A stretch of 64,000 nucleotides of DNA. Origin: Candidatus Marinacidobacterales bacterium (GTDB taxonomy: Bacteria; Acidobacteriota; Vicinamibacteria; Marinacidobacterales; DATDRI01). The stretch is taken from assembly GCA_965219415.1 (NCBI GenBank), contig CBDCNP010000002.1, positions 96,001-160,000 on the forward strand. The letters are read 5' to 3'. The notes beneath the pieces are model-generated. The model was not told where the DNA came from. It saw only the letters and a program-made list of their open reading frames with translations, and searched no databases. Every line of letters begins with the position of its first letter. Position 1 is the stretch's first letter. Positions 29,547 to 40,700 of this stretch are shown in pieces. Position numbers and translations under genes: made by a program.

Positions 29547-30164
29547 ATGTCGAGGGAGGGAATCATGGGGAAGCTCCGTTTGGTAATCCTTTTTGGTTGG
29601 GCCGCACTCACGAGTGGGTGCATGATCTCGGAGCAGGTCGGAGAATTGCCCCAGGAGCTGGCCTTTCACTTCGATACCGATTTCAATCGGGCCCTCGTAT
29701 TCGGCCGACCGATCGCCCTGGTCCTACTCGTCATGTGGGTCTTCGCCAAGTTCAAGAAGCCGAACTCCATTCTGCTGAGTGCGCCGCTCTTGGTCTTGGC
29801 GGGATGGACTCTGGCGCAAGATTTTCCATCGCTCGTGGACTACCGTGTCGAAGTGATGGACGAGGCACTCTATCTGAAGATCCCTCCCGAACCGGAAAAG
29901 GTGATCCCATGGAGCACGGTGGAGGGGATGGAGATAGAAGGTGTCGGATGGGCCGGTGCGGGCGGAGGTCAGGAGACCACCATGACGCCCTTTGGCCCTC
30001 GGAAGAGGGAATATGCGTGGTCCGAGCTTCCGGAGTGGCAAACGATGAAGCTGACTGCGGACGGAGAAACACACCTGGTCATTCTCGAGAAGCTCAGCGT
30101 CGAGCAACGTCAAACGCTCTGGCGGACGATCGCCAAGCGAGCCCGCTTGGTGAAAATAGACTAG
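29547..30164 (+). CDS. Hypothetical membrane protein
   Basis: Lipobox-like TSGC, two further TM segments and a soluble tail. Confidence 0.7.
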   Translation: MSREGIMGKLRLVILFGWAALTSGCMISEQVGELPQELAFHFDTDFNRALVFGRPIALVLLVMWVFAKFKKPNSILLSAPLLVLAGWTLAQDFPSLVDYRVEVMDEALYLKIPPEPEKVIPWSTVEGMEIEGVGWAGAGGGQETTMTPFGPRKREYAWSELPEWQTMKLTADGETHLVILEKLSVEQRQTLWRTIAKRARLVKID

Positions 30165-30222
30165 CCTCGGATTCTTGACTTCCCGCCCTGCTGAAGAAGA
30201 GCCGGACTAGCGCCCCCAACGG

Positions 30223-32745
30223 TTAACGGGCCCCGATGGGACTTCCCGGCGGTAGCTCGGGTGGCCCTGTCGGCACGTCGGTACCCTGCGGGCGATTTTG
30301 CCAACGGCGAATGTCCTCAGCCGCTAGTTTCTGGTGAGGGGTCGGCGTCCCCACCGACTCGAGCCAGTCGGCAAGCCCTCGTAACTGCGCAGTTAGGATC
30401 GCGCGCGCTTGCGAGATGTTCTGGCTGTTCGACGCCTGCCGAAGAAACTGATCCAGGACCGCGCGCTGCATCGTTTTTTGTACTTCCGCCAGGTAGGCGG
30501 TTCCGCTGGTTGGCGCTTTCCAAGTTCGCTCCAAGAGAGACTCCGTCACATCCTCCAGGCCCGGGTAGTCGCTGCTGCGGCTGTGATACTCAACCAGGCG
30601 AGCCATACGCTCGGGGTTGAGAAGAAGTTTCACCGTGAAGCCGGACGCCGACGCGGCGGCTGCGAGGGGATCGAAAGTGAGACCCGTCCCGCGCTCGAAT
30701 TTTTCACTCTCCGGCTCTCGAAAGGCGCGCGGCGGAATCATTCTTAATACCCTCTCGGGGATGGCCAAGAACACGGGGTCCAACGTCGACAGAACAACAT
30801 CGAGAGCTTCACGCTGAGCTTGTCCGGGCACCATCGTGATTGCCATCTGCCCGTCTCCTCGCAGCGCATAGTTATAGTCGGCTCCGCCGATACTGTGCAT
30901 CACCGCCTCCAATTGGTACCGATGGTGTAGGTAAAGCGGGACCAGCACCTTCTCCAGGGAGGACATGGGATCATCGAGGCGAATCGCTTCCGGTCCAAAC
31001 GCCTCCAGGCCGATGCGCCGGACCTGGATTTCGTGCCGCAGCATCTCGATCGGATCGGCTCCGTTGTCCCACAGGGATGCCAACGAATGGGCGGCACCCG
31101 CCGGTCTCGCGTCCCGATCGGTAATAAAGCGAATCTTCCGATCCAAACCGTCCTTTACGATCGCCTCGAGCGCCGTCTGCTCGTCCGTCCCCGGCGCGAA
31201 ATCGCTGTAGAGCCACTTGACGGCGAACTTGTCGTACTCTCCGACACCGACCCCGTAAGCGTTCGAAAGATCCAGCCGTCCATCCGGCGTGATTTCCACG
31301 AGGGGCGCCGGGTAATCCATGACGCTGGCTCGACCCGCGTAGGTACTTGCGATGTAGTTGTGTGCTAGACCCAGTGTATGTCCAACCTCGTGCGCCGATA
31401 GCTGACGAACGCGAGCCAAGGCCATCTCCACGGGGTCGTTCTGTGAGCCGACTTGCACCAGGTATTCAAAGGTGGGACCGCCTCCGAGGCCGCAACCGCC
31501 GAGTCCAGAACCGCTGGTCGGGCTCAAGCCCTTTCCGAGCAGGTAGTCCTGCCGCAAGCGGAGACTTCCCAAGTTCACGTTGCCCTTTAAAATCTCTCCG
31601 GTCCGAGGATCGACGACCGAGCCACCGTACGACCACCCACGCGTGGACCGGTGGGTCCAATGAATCATGTTGTAGCGCAGATCCATGGGATCCGCATCCG
31701 CCGGAAGGAGCTCCACACGAAACGCGTCCACGAAACCCGCCTCGTCGAAGGCAGCGTCCCACCAATAGGCGCCCCTTAAGAGCGCGCTGCGAATCGGCTC
31801 CGGCGCTCCCCGATCAAGGTAATAGACCAGGGGCTCGATGGCTTCCGATATCGCCGCGGTGGGGTCTTTCTTCTGCAGCCGATGCCGAGCCACCCACATA
31901 ACATCGAGTTTCTCGTCGATGGGCGTCGCGTAGTCCTTGAAGGAAACACCGAACGCCCCCACGCGTGGGTCCGCCCGGCGCGGCTCGTAACCTCCCCGAG
32001 GTAGGCGAACGAGCGAATAGCGCACTCGTAACGTGACCGCGTCACCGCTCGCCGCGGTGGATCGAACGAGCTCCCCGGGACGGGTACTAGTAAAGGTCAG
32101 GAGAGTCTCGATCTCGGTGTTCAGTGGGAACGCCTTGGTTCGAGGTAAGTGAATGACGCTGCGACTGCGATCGAGCTGGAAGCTCCCCTGCCCGGCATCC
32201 TCCAATGTTTTGGCGATACCGTGCGCATCACGCAGAAAGAAATCCGTCCCGTCGACCAAGACGCGAGTTCCCGATTCCGCCACTACCTCGAAACCCCAAT
32301 GAGTCGACGGGGCGAACGCATCCTGTACCGCCCTCACCTCGTCCGGATTATTGCTCCGCGCTCGGTAGCGGTAGTTGGGCTCGACCAGTAGGACCGTCGG
32401 GCCGACCCGCCGTGGCTCGAGGACGTGAGTGCGGCCAAGCTGCCCACGATCCAAGCCGACCGGATTGCTACCCAACCCGCTAGCCAACGACACCTGGTAG
32501 AGAAACTGGTCGTTGTCCCATTGATCCAGCTCCCAGAAGAGCTTTCCGGTGGAATCGTCCCAGTAGAGATCGAAGAACCCCTCCAGGTGAATCATGTCAC
32601 GCGTCTTGTCTTCAATGGACGGGATGGACGGGGACCGACTCTCTTCCGAGCTTGCCTGTCCGAATGCTCCTCCCGCGCCCCCGGCAAGGAGCAAGCCAAG
32701 CATCACCACATGCTTCATCCCGCACTTCACCCATCCGTTCCGCAT
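30223..32745 (-). CDS. Secreted zinc-dependent metalloprotease (DUF5117/DUF4953, EcxA-like)
   Basis: HEVGHTLGLAHN, SVMDYP, DPRTGEILKG, PRRADPRVG. Confidence 0.9.
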   Translation of the reverse strand: MRNGWVKCGMKHVVMLGLLLAGGAGGAFGQASSEESRSPSIPSIEDKTRDMIHLEGFFDLYWDDSTGKLFWELDQWDNDQFLYQVSLASGLGSNPVGLDRGQLGRTHVLEPRRVGPTVLLVEPNYRYRARSNNPDEVRAVQDAFAPSTHWGFEVVAESGTRVLVDGTDFFLRDAHGIAKTLEDAGQGSFQLDRSRSVIHLPRTKAFPLNTEIETLLTFTSTRPGELVRSTAASGDAVTLRVRYSLVRLPRGGYEPRRADPRVGAFGVSFKDYATPIDEKLDVMWVARHRLQKKDPTAAISEAIEPLVYYLDRGAPEPIRSALLRGAYWWDAAFDEAGFVDAFRVELLPADADPMDLRYNMIHWTHRSTRGWSYGGSVVDPRTGEILKGNVNLGSLRLRQDYLLGKGLSPTSGSGLGGCGLGGGPTFEYLVQVGSQNDPVEMALARVRQLSAHEVGHTLGLAHNYIASTYAGRASVMDYPAPLVEITPDGRLDLSNAYGVGVGEYDKFAVKWLYSDFAPGTDEQTALEAIVKDGLDRKIRFITDRDARPAGAAHSLASLWDNGADPIEMLRHEIQVRRIGLEAFGPEAIRLDDPMSSLEKVLVPLYLHHRYQLEAVMHSIGGADYNYALRGDGQMAITMVPGQAQREALDVVLSTLDPVFLAIPERVLRMIPPRAFREPESEKFERGTGLTFDPLAAAASASGFTVKLLLNPERMARLVEYHSRSSDYPGLEDVTESLLERTWKAPTSGTAYLAEVQKTMQRAVLDQFLRQASNSQNISQARAILTAQLRGLADWLESVGTPTPHQKLAAEDIRRWQNRPQGTDVPTGPPELPPGSPIGAR

Positions 32746-32774
32746 TCTCCGACCTCCGCTCTTCTTAGTCCTAG

Positions 32775-33710
32775 CTATCGACTCTGCTTCAGGAACTTCA
32801 AGAACTCCGCATCGCTCGTCAAGATAAGGGTTACGTCCTCACCGAAGCTGCTTCGGTAGGTTTCCAGTGTCTTCAAAAATTGGTAGAAGTCTGGATCCTT
32901 GCTATACGCACGAGCGTAGATACTCGTGGCCTCGGCATCCGCCACACCCCGAATCTCCTCGGCTTGCTTGAAGGCCCCGGATTCGATCTCTTTGAGCTCT
33001 TTTTCCTTCTGCCCGCGTATCTCCGCCGAGCGGCCCTGGCCTTCCGAGCGGCTGCGCTCCGCGATCCTCTGGCGCTCGGTGATCATTCGCTCGTAGACTT
33101 TCGCGCGCACTTCGTCGACGTAGTTGATGTGTTTGATCTTCACATCTACCAGCTCGATGCCATAGTCTGGCGTCACGACTGAAGCCTTCTCCAAGATTCT
33201 GGCCGCGATCGCTTCCCGGCCGGTGGCGATTTCCGCGGCCTGCTGTTGGGCAGCAAACGCCTGAAGCTCCTCCGTAACCTCGAACTCCCGGTTCTTCGAG
33301 CGTACGACCTCGATGAGATCGAAGGCCGCCACCGCGTTTCGGGTCTCACCATCGATAATGTCGTCGAGACGACTCTGTGCGCCCCGTTCGTCACGGACGG
33401 ATTCGAAGAACTCCAAAGGATCTTGGATCCGCCAACGAGCGTAGGTATCCACCCAGATGAACTTCTTGTCCCTGGTGGTAATCTGGTTGGCATCGCCGTC
33501 CCACGCCAGCCAGCGTTTGTCGAAACGGTGGACGTCCCATGCAAATGGAATCTTCAACTTGAGGCCGGGGGTGGTGACGGCATCGCCGATGGGTCTTCCG
33601 AACTGCGTAACGATGACCTGCTCCGTTTCGTCCACCGTATAGAAACTGGCGGGCAGCAGGATGAGGAGCACCGCTCCAATAACAAGGAGAACTATCAGAT
33701 TCCGGTTCAT
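32775..33710 (-). CDS. hflC: Protease modulator HflC
   Basis: TVDETEQVIVTQFG, VDTYARWRI, RMITERQRIA, DPDFYQFLKTLETY. Confidence 0.93.
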   Translation of the reverse strand: MNRNLIVLLVIGAVLLILLPASFYTVDETEQVIVTQFGRPIGDAVTTPGLKLKIPFAWDVHRFDKRWLAWDGDANQITTRDKKFIWVDTYARWRIQDPLEFFESVRDERGAQSRLDDIIDGETRNAVAAFDLIEVVRSKNREFEVTEELQAFAAQQQAAEIATGREAIAARILEKASVVTPDYGIELVDVKIKHINYVDEVRAKVYERMITERQRIAERSRSEGQGRSAEIRGQKEKELKEIESGAFKQAEEIRGVADAEATSIYARAYSKDPDFYQFLKTLETYRSSFGEDVTLILTSDAEFLKFLKQSR

Positions 33711-34723
33711 TTCTGCACCTCCTGAGTCAGATTCAGCAGGGGCAGCAGTCCCCTCTGTTTCTCATCGAGAATTACCTTTTTGCCCATGCGCGGCAGGATC
33801 TCGTTCAACGTCTCGAGATACATGCGGTTGCGGGTTACGCGAGGCGCCTTGCGATACTCCGCGTAGATCGCTTCGAATCGGGTCGCCTCTCCTTGGGACC
33901 GATTCACACGCTCCGCCGCGTATCCCTCGGACTCCTGGATCATTTGCTGGGCGACTCCCTTGGCCTTCGGAATCTCCTGGTTGTATTCCGCCCACGCGCG
34001 GTTGATGAGCTGCTCCTTCTCCTGAATGGCCTCGTTGACTTCGTTGAAGGATGGCTTGACCGGATCCGGAGGGTTCACATCCTGGAGCACCAGCTGCTCC
34101 ACGGAGAGGCCAATGCCGTACTGGTCGCAGAGATCCTGGAGTAGATCCTTGGCCTGGATAGCGATGCTTTCGCGGCCAATGGTCAGCACCTCGTCCACGC
34201 TGTGATCCCCGACCACCTGCCGCATCGCAGCTTCCGACATGTCTCGGAACGTTCCAGCGACGTCGCGGACGTTGAATAGAAACGCGCGCGAATCGTCGAT
34301 CTTGAATTGCACGATCCACTCCACCACCGCGACGTTGAGGTCGCCGGTCAGCATGAGCGACTCCTGCAGGAGCTCGCCTCCGTCCCGATACTGCGATCGG
34401 ACGCCCGCTTGAACGGTCCGGAAGCCAAACTCCTGTTTCAGCTGGCGCTGTATCGGCACCTTGTCGAGCTTCTCGATGAACGGCCATTTGAGGTGCAGGC
34501 CGGGGTCAGTCGTTCGGGAATAGGCGCCGAAGCGCCGGATAACCCCTACTTCGTCGGGCTGGATCTGGTAGAAGCTTCCGAAGAATATGACTACGCCCAC
34601 CACCAGAAGCAAGATCAGTCGGATCGTCCCGGGCGGGATATTGGGCAGATTGAATTGCGGCATCTGCGGCACGCGCGGCGGATCGAAGTCGAACGGTCCG
34701 TTGCCGCCCCGTTTATCAGCCAT
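33707..34723 (-). CDS. hflK: FtsH protease activity modulator HflK
   Basis: ESLMLTGDLN, LQDVNPP, IPKAKG, VTRNRMYLET; overlaps hflC by 4 bp. Confidence 0.93.
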   Translation of the reverse strand: MADKRGGNGPFDFDPPRVPQMPQFNLPNIPPGTIRLILLLVVGVVIFFGSFYQIQPDEVGVIRRFGAYSRTTDPGLHLKWPFIEKLDKVPIQRQLKQEFGFRTVQAGVRSQYRDGGELLQESLMLTGDLNVAVVEWIVQFKIDDSRAFLFNVRDVAGTFRDMSEAAMRQVVGDHSVDEVLTIGRESIAIQAKDLLQDLCDQYGIGLSVEQLVLQDVNPPDPVKPSFNEVNEAIQEKEQLINRAWAEYNQEIPKAKGVAQQMIQESEGYAAERVNRSQGEATRFEAIYAEYRKAPRVTRNRMYLETLNEILPRMGKKVILDEKQRGLLPLLNLTQEVQK

Positions 34724-34863
34724 GTTGTCCTCCTCGCTTTCTTAGGGATGTAAAAGAGATTACTGGGTCGCACTGCCCGTGCACGATACCTTCGCGCCTA
34801 GCTGGGTTGCAAACCGCAGCTTTTTCCCTTGCGCTGGTTCGTCCCTTGTTGCAACATCTCTCC

Positions 34864-37716
34864 ATGGATTTGCCGACCCGTTTCGATTTCCGTGCCGTAG
34901 AGCCCCGTATCTACAAGCTTTGGCTGGACCGCAATTGTTTCGACAGCGCCTACGACCCGGACGGAAAGCCTCGCCACCAGACCGAAACGGACAAACCGAA
35001 GTTCGTCATTGTCATCCCACCGCCCAACGTGACCGGTCGGCTCCATATGGGGCATGCTCTCAACAACACCCTTCAAGACACCTTGATCCGCTACAAGCGC
35101 ATGGACGGCTTTGACACTCTATGGGTCCCCGGTACCGACCATGCCGGCATCTCCACCCAAACCGTGGTGCGCAAGCAGCTCGATGCGCAAGGAATCAATT
35201 ATCGTGAATTGGGTCGCGAGAAGTTCATCGAGAAGGTTTGGGAGTGGAAGGCAAAGTACGGAGACTTCATCATCGAGCAGCTCCAGAAGATGGGTTGCTC
35301 GTGCGACTGGAAGCGCACGCGCTTCACGATGGACGAGGGGCTTTCTCGAGCAGTCCGTGTAACTTTCAAGACCCTCTACGACCGCGGCCTCCTCTATCGG
35401 GGCAAGCGGATCGTCAACTGGTGCCCGGTGGACCAAACCGCGCTTTCGGACGACGAAGTGAATGTCTCCGACGAGGGAGAGCCCGGACACCTCTGGTACA
35501 TCCGATATCCACTGGTCGAGCCAACGGACGAACTGAGTCACCTGGTCGTTGCCACGACTCGCCCCGAAACGCTCTTCGGAGACGTTGCGGTCGCGGTTCA
35601 CCCGAAGGACGAGCGTTATAGGAAAGTCGTCGGCAAAGAGGTCCGCCTGCCTCTTCAAGGCCGGGTGATTCCCGTGATCGCCGACGAGTACGTCGACATG
35701 GAGTTCGGCACCGGGGCCCTCAAGATCACTCCGGCGCACGACGCCAACGACTTCGAAGTCGGGCCCAGGCATGGGCTCGAACCGATCAATGTCATGAACG
35801 AAGACGCAACGCTCAACGATGTCGTTCCGTCGGAGTTTCGGGGTATGGAACGCTTCAAGGCCCGGAAGAGGGCGGTGGCCGCCCTCGAAGAGCAAGAGCT
35901 CATCGAGAAGGTCGAGGATCGCTTGGTCCCTTTGGGCCGCGCCCAGCGCTCCGGCGCCCCCATCGAGTATCGGCTCTCGGATCAATGGTTCGTACGGATG
36001 AAACCTCTGGCTGAGAAGGCACTCGCTGCAAGCGGCTACGAGAAGAAAGGCGACGACTGGGTGAAGGTAGACCCCGGCGAGCTATCCTTCCACCCCGAGC
36101 GTTGGGAGAACGTGTACCTGCAGTGGCTCACCCGCATCCACGACTGGACCATCAGTCGACAGATCTGGTGGGGACACCGCATTCCCGCTTGGTACAACCG
36201 CAAGACCGGCGAGGTTCGCGTCGACGTCGAAACACCCCAAGAAGTCGCGCAGGCCCCCGCGGATTGGTATCAGGACCCTGACGTGCTCGATACCTGGTTC
36301 AGCTCCTGGCTGTGGCCCATGAGTACGCTGGGATGGCCCGAGGCGACCCCTGATTTCGCGCGGTACTTTCCCACTAGTGTTCTATCCACCGCCAAGGACA
36401 TCATCTTTTTCTGGGTGGCGCGCATGAACTTCGCTGGGCTCGAGCTTGCGGGAAGGCTCCCCTTTCGCCATGTGAACATCCACCCGACGGTCCTCGATGA
36501 CCAGGGGGCGGTGATGAGCAAGAGCAAGGGTAATGGGATCGATCCGCTCGCGGTGATCGAGGGAGCAACGTCAGAAGAGCTCAAGGCTCCCATCTTCGAG
36601 GCGCGCCCACCCAAGATGGAGAAGCTCGTGACGAGAGTCGAGAAGAACTTTCCCAAGGGTTTCGAAGGGATCGGCGCGGACGCCCTCCGTTATACATTTA
36701 TTTACTCCTGCTCGGACGGACAAGAAACTCGTCTTTCGCTAGAGAAGTTCAACGAGCAGGGACGCCGTTTCGTCACCAAGCTTTGGAACGCCAGCCGCTT
36801 CGTCCTCATGTCGCTCGACAACGTGCCGCCGGCGTCGGCAGGCGAGGCGCCTTCGGCCGTGTCGGACGACTGGATCTCTTCGCGTCTCGCGTCCACCGTG
36901 CGGGAGGTTCTCGCCGCCCTGGACGATTTCGAATTCGGCTCTCTTGGACAAGCCCTATATCGATTCGTCTGGAACGACTATTGCGACTGGTTCTTGGAAC
37001 TGTCCAAGGAGCGTCTTCAAGGAGAAGATCCCGCGGCGGCTCGACGAGCGGCCTCGGTATTGGGTTGTTCACTCGCCGATATCCTGAAACTCCTCCACCC
37101 GATTTGTCCGTTCATCACGGAGGAGCTCTGGTCGAAGCTACTGCCCGCGATGGGCGAAAAGGAATTGTGGCTGGGCGAACGACCCACTTCCGAGCTTCTC
37201 ATTCATGAGCCGTTTCCGAAGGGAGACGCTTCACCGGAAGCAGATCTGGAGGAACGCTTCGAAACCCTTCAGCGTCTCGTGACCCGTGTCCGAAACGTTC
37301 GGGCCAACGCGCGTCTGGGCGATAGCGTTCGCTTGGCGATCCAGGTGAAACCGCTTAGGGAGGACTTTCGACGCGTCGTCGAGGCCACTTCCGGGGCGGT
37401 GACGCGGCTCGCCAGCCTCGAATCGCTAGAGCTCGTTGAGGACAGGCCTCCTGGGGCGGTCACCAATGTGGATCCGGCATTCGAAATGTACGTCGACTTG
37501 GGAAAACACGTCGATGTAACGAAAGAGCTCGCGCGCATCGACAAGGAGATGGCTACCGTCCAGAAGAAACTCGAGCAGGTCTCGAGGAAGCTACAAAACT
37601 CCAAGTTCCTCGACGGAGCGCCTTCCAATGTCGTCGAGGGAGAGAAGACCAAAGCTCAGGAGCTGAAAGACATGTTGGTCAAGCTGGAGAAGCTCCGCGA
37701 CGAGTATGGGTCCTAA
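34864..37716 (+). CDS. valS: Valine--tRNA ligase
   Basis: PPPNVTGRLHMGHA, GTDHAGI, TTRPET, DWTISRQIWWGHRIP, VMSKS, GADALR, C-terminal coiled coil. Confidence 0.97.
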   Translation: MDLPTRFDFRAVEPRIYKLWLDRNCFDSAYDPDGKPRHQTETDKPKFVIVIPPPNVTGRLHMGHALNNTLQDTLIRYKRMDGFDTLWVPGTDHAGISTQTVVRKQLDAQGINYRELGREKFIEKVWEWKAKYGDFIIEQLQKMGCSCDWKRTRFTMDEGLSRAVRVTFKTLYDRGLLYRGKRIVNWCPVDQTALSDDEVNVSDEGEPGHLWYIRYPLVEPTDELSHLVVATTRPETLFGDVAVAVHPKDERYRKVVGKEVRLPLQGRVIPVIADEYVDMEFGTGALKITPAHDANDFEVGPRHGLEPINVMNEDATLNDVVPSEFRGMERFKARKRAVAALEEQELIEKVEDRLVPLGRAQRSGAPIEYRLSDQWFVRMKPLAEKALAASGYEKKGDDWVKVDPGELSFHPERWENVYLQWLTRIHDWTISRQIWWGHRIPAWYNRKTGEVRVDVETPQEVAQAPADWYQDPDVLDTWFSSWLWPMSTLGWPEATPDFARYFPTSVLSTAKDIIFFWVARMNFAGLELAGRLPFRHVNIHPTVLDDQGAVMSKSKGNGIDPLAVIEGATSEELKAPIFEARPPKMEKLVTRVEKNFPKGFEGIGADALRYTFIYSCSDGQETRLSLEKFNEQGRRFVTKLWNASRFVLMSLDNVPPASAGEAPSAVSDDWISSRLASTVREVLAALDDFEFGSLGQALYRFVWNDYCDWFLELSKERLQGEDPAAARRAASVLGCSLADILKLLHPICPFITEELWSKLLPAMGEKELWLGERPTSELLIHEPFPKGDASPEADLEERFETLQRLVTRVRNVRANARLGDSVRLAIQVKPLREDFRRVVEATSGAVTRLASLESLELVEDRPPGAVTNVDPAFEMYVDLGKHVDVTKELARIDKEMATVQKKLEQVSRKLQNSKFLDGAPSNVVEGEKTKAQELKDMLVKLEKLRDEYGS

Positions 37717-37719
37717 TAT

Positions 37720-40700
37720 CTAGGTGCGGGCCAGAGAGAGCGTCGCTTCCTGTCCTTCGATCTCGACCTCACGCTTATCCGCGTCCGGGAACGATGCGCC
37801 GTCGTTAACGAGCTCGACACAAAGGGTCTCTCCCATCAAATGCTCTCGGCGCTTTTCGATGATCTCGTTGAGACGGTCGGAACCTCGAATCGCCAGGCGG
37901 ATGCGCTGCGTGTACTCGAGCTCTAGCTCTTTGCGAAACGTTTGGATGCGGTTCAAGAGCTCGCGATAGATGCCCTCTTCGATCAACTCGGGCGTGAGCT
38001 CCGTGCTCAGTACGACGACCGACGTCTGATCCCCGGCCGCGGCATAACCTTCTCTAGCCTTGACCACGACCTCCACGTCTTCGAGCTCCAGGGACAGCGT
38101 GTCCCCCGCAACCTTTACATCGACGCTACCTTTGTCGAGAAGCGACTTGCGCAGTGCCGCGCCGTCGGCTTGGGCAAGCGCCTTCTTGAGAACCGGCATG
38201 TTCTTCCCGAGCTTCCGACCCAACCGTCGAAAGTTAGGCTTGATGCCGTAGCGAATGTGCTCCTCGGCACCGGGAACGAAGTCGATCTCCACGACGTTCA
38301 TCGCCGCGGCGATGAGCTCGCGATACTTCGCGATACGTTCTTCCACATCGGGATGGGAGAGAATGATTTCTGCGCGGGCTAGCGGCTGTCGCACCTTGAG
38401 CTTGTGGTTGGTGCGGACCCGAAGGCCGAGGGATACGATATCACGCACCGTCGCCATCTCTTCGCTCAAAGAGCGGTCGATCCGGCTCGTATCTGCCTCG
38501 GGGTAGTCCTCCATGTGGACGCTTTCTCGAACGGCCGCGCCCCCCGGCCGCTTGACCAAGTTTTGATACATCTCCTCGGTCATGAAGGGAACGAAGGGGG
38601 CCGCCAACCGCGTCACCGTTCCCAGGACCTCGTAGAGCGTCGCATAGGCATCAATCTTGTCGTCGTCCATTTCGGACCTCCAAAATCGTTGCCGACTCCG
38701 CCGAAGGTACCAGTTCGAGAGGCCATCGACAAAGTTGGAAAGCTCTTTCGCAGCTTCGTAGGCCCGGTAGTTATCCATACGATCGATCACTTCCTCGGTG
38801 AGGAGAGCCAACTCCGAGAGAATCCAGCGATCCAAAAGCGCCCGTTCTCCGATGGGACGCCCCTTCATCGTCAGCGGATCGAACTCGTCGGGGGCGGCGT
38901 AGATCGTGAAGAACGAATAAACGTTCCGGAGCTTCAGCGGGAGCTCCCTCTGGAGCGATCTCACATTGGTCAGCGAGTGCCGGGTGGGGTTCCACGGTGG
39001 ATTGGCGCCGAGAAAAAACCACCGGAACGCATCCGCGCCCGGTGCGGGCGTCTTGGTGTCCGCGAGTACGAGTCTCTCGTTCTCCGCAAGGCGCATCACC
39101 TCGGACGGCAGCACTTTGGCTCCCCGTTCAGTCGGCTTGACCCCTAGTGCAGCGCGATCGGTGCCGGACAACAGGACGAGTCTTCGCGGTAGTCGCTTCG
39201 CGGCGTCGATCAGAAACTCTCGCGCCTCGCCTTCTTTCCCGACCGGGTAGACCGTGATCGCCGCACCGGGAGAGAGATCCAAACCCTGCAGGTCTTCTCG
39301 CGCCACCAGGACCGTCCCCTCCTTCGGTTTGGCGTCGACTTGGTCCTCACCGAGAACCCCGAACTCCATCGCCACGCGATCCAGGATCACGTCCGGCGGG
39401 GTGTAGTTGCCCTTCGACTTGGACTCTTTCTTTCCGGTAGGGTCGGTCACGTGACCGAGCACGATGCAAGTCCGGTAAGGGTGCGGATAGGGCTCCGGCA
39501 CCAACTTCAGCCGCGACATCACTCCTTTGTCGAAGACCAACGTCGAAATCATCAAGAGCGAATAGAACCAACCGCGGGTCTGGTCGATCGCTTCGGTGAT
39601 GAAATCGGCCGGAAAGCTACGCTCGAATTCTTCCCTTCCCTGATGAGGGAATCCCCATTGCGCGAACGGCATGCTCCCGGAATCGAACCAGCCGTCGATG
39701 ACCTCCGGAACTCTGCGATAGACACCGTCCTCACCTGCCTCTGTCCAAGTAACGTGGTCGATCCACGGCTTGTGGACGATCAGATGCTCGGAAAGGGTGG
39801 GATCCTTCGCACGCGCCTTTTCGAAGGCCTCGAACGCCGAAGGGTTCTTCTCGAGTATTTCCGCAACCGACGATGGCGCCGCCATCTTTCCGGTTTGGTC
39901 GTTGATCCAGATATTGAGCGGTGTTCCCCAATAACGCTCCCTCGAAAGAGTCCAGTCGACATTGTTGGCCAAGAAATCCCCGAAGCGGCCTTCCTTGATG
40001 TGCTCGGGAAGCCATGCGACGGTGCGGTTGTTACGGATGGCATCGTCGATCCGCGCGGTGGTTCTAATGAACCAGGCCGGCCGGGCGTACTGGATGAGTG
40101 GATCCTCGTCGGCCCGCCAACAAAAAGGGTAGTCGTGACGGTAATTCTCACGATGAAGGAGAATGCCTCGCTCCTTCAAGAACCGAACGATCTCGGAATC
40201 CGCATCCTTGACCCACTTGCCTTCGAGGCTCGGGATCTCCTCGTTGAACGTCCCGTCGGGGCGGATGGCGCAAAGTAACGGCGCGGCATCCGGGTCCTTG
40301 TAGGTTGCGATAGTGGCGCAGTGAAGCTCATGGTCGACTTCACCAAAGGCTGGCGCCTCGTGCACTAGGCCGGTCCCTTGATCGAGCTCGACGAAGTCGG
40401 CCGCCAACACTTTCCAGAACATCGGCGCCGTCCCACCGTCTTTGAGCTCGATCTCTTTGTCGCCGTGATGACGGTAGTAGTCATCGAACGGGGGTCTGTA
40501 CCGCTGCCCAATGAGCTCGTTGCCCTTGAGCTCACGCTCCACCGGAAGCTCCCCACCAAACTTGCCCGCTACCGTCTCTCGCAACGCTGCGGCCACGACG
40601 AGCTTGCGATCGCCGTGTCGCACGACGACGTAGTCCACCTCCGGTTTCACGGCCGCGTACATGTTGGACGGGAGCGTCCAGGGTGTCGTGGTCCAAACGA

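Noticed and set aside
39045-39380. IleRS insertion as an intein
   Set aside because: No N-terminal Cys/Ser block, no terminal His-Asn followed by Cys/Ser/Thr, and no endonuclease motifs.
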